Positions 63,460 to 64,000 of a stretch of 64,000 nt of DNA are shown here, one piece after another (the first letter of the stretch is position 1; each line of letters opens with the position of its first letter). The DNA is from Paraglomus brasilianum (lineage: Eukaryota). The stretch lies in assembly GCA_910592345.1 (NCBI GenBank), contig CAJVPI010000023.1, positions 1 through 64,000 of the forward strand. Reading direction: 5' to 3'. The translations under genes and the position numbers were made by a program. Below the pieces are notes generated by a model. The model searched no databases, was not told the DNA's origin, and saw nothing but the letters and a program-made list of their open reading frames with translations.

Positions 63460-64000
63460 ATGTTATTACCAATAGACTTGTTAGCAGAGGAGAGATTGCG
63501 TCAGTCAAAAGTTCGGGTGTATGCCAAGTCAGTTATAAATAGTTGTGTTTTGAATCAAATTAGTCGGTGTGATCTGAGAGGATACGAGAGCAATGATTTT
63601 ATATTGGCGAAGGTATGTTGTCTGTGATCAGCTTGTTTTCACCAAAATGTTGCAAAATGGGTTGGGAATTTAGCTTTTTATTTGTTTTAATGTCTAATAA
63701 TCGTCTGATTCCTTGATTAATATAGGAAACCACCTTAGAATTAGTCGAATTGACAGCTGAAGGATCACTCATATCTATTATAGAACAACCAGTGTTCGGT
63801 ACCATAAAGGACATGAAAGTTCTTCACTGTAATTTTCCAGATGACAATGATCCTGATGCAATGGATATAGCTTCTCACCCTCCTATTCGTGGACAAGATG
63901 TGCTTGTATTTCTATCCGATTCTGGAAAGCTGAGCTTTGTGGGATACACCGAAGATGAAAAAATTAGTGCCGATGACAACAAGGGAAAAGGCAAGGCTCT
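63460..64000 (+). CDS. 5' part of an MMS1-like (DDB1/SF3B3/CPSF160 triple beta-propeller family) gene, divergent from TSR1 and cut by the window end
   Basis: YAKSVINSCVLNQISRCDLRGYESNDFILAK | intron | ETTLELVELTAEGSLISIIEQPVFGTIKDMKVL...GQDVLVFLSDSGKLSF. The EQPVFGTIKD and LSDSGKLSF motifs fit MMS1_N. Confidence 0.8.

Overview
Eukaryotic, intron-containing fungal DNA. The gene content (MATA-HMG box, Sel1-like repeat arrays, BTB relic, MGNxxS methyltransferase, RNase H-bearing LINE relic) is typical of Glomeromycotina (arbuscular mycorrhizal fungi); this assignment is an inference. The first ~46 kb is gene-poor and accessory-like. It holds a Tc1/mariner transposase tail, LINE relics, MITE/foldback elements, an HMG-box gene, an AT-hook gene, a tandem pair of Sel1-repeat genes (one decayed), a SAM methyltransferase, a deleted 18S rRNA relic, relics of BTB, HSP10, RPA32-like and nuclease-fold genes, and a small ORF that looks like a stand-alone kexin propeptide. 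The last ~17 kb is a compact block of conserved genes: EDEM/MNL1-type GH47, RMI1, an Sgs1/BLM-like RecQ helicase, TAP42, ATP19, TSR1 and the 5' end of an MMS1-like gene. Two observations stand out. RMI1 lies tail-to-tail with a shortened Sgs1-like helicase that keeps its Top3-Rmi1-binding N-terminus, so two subunits of one complex are adjacent. The kexin pro-domain ORF ends three residues after its KR site with no protease domain. All calls come from motif recognition by eye; no database searches were run.
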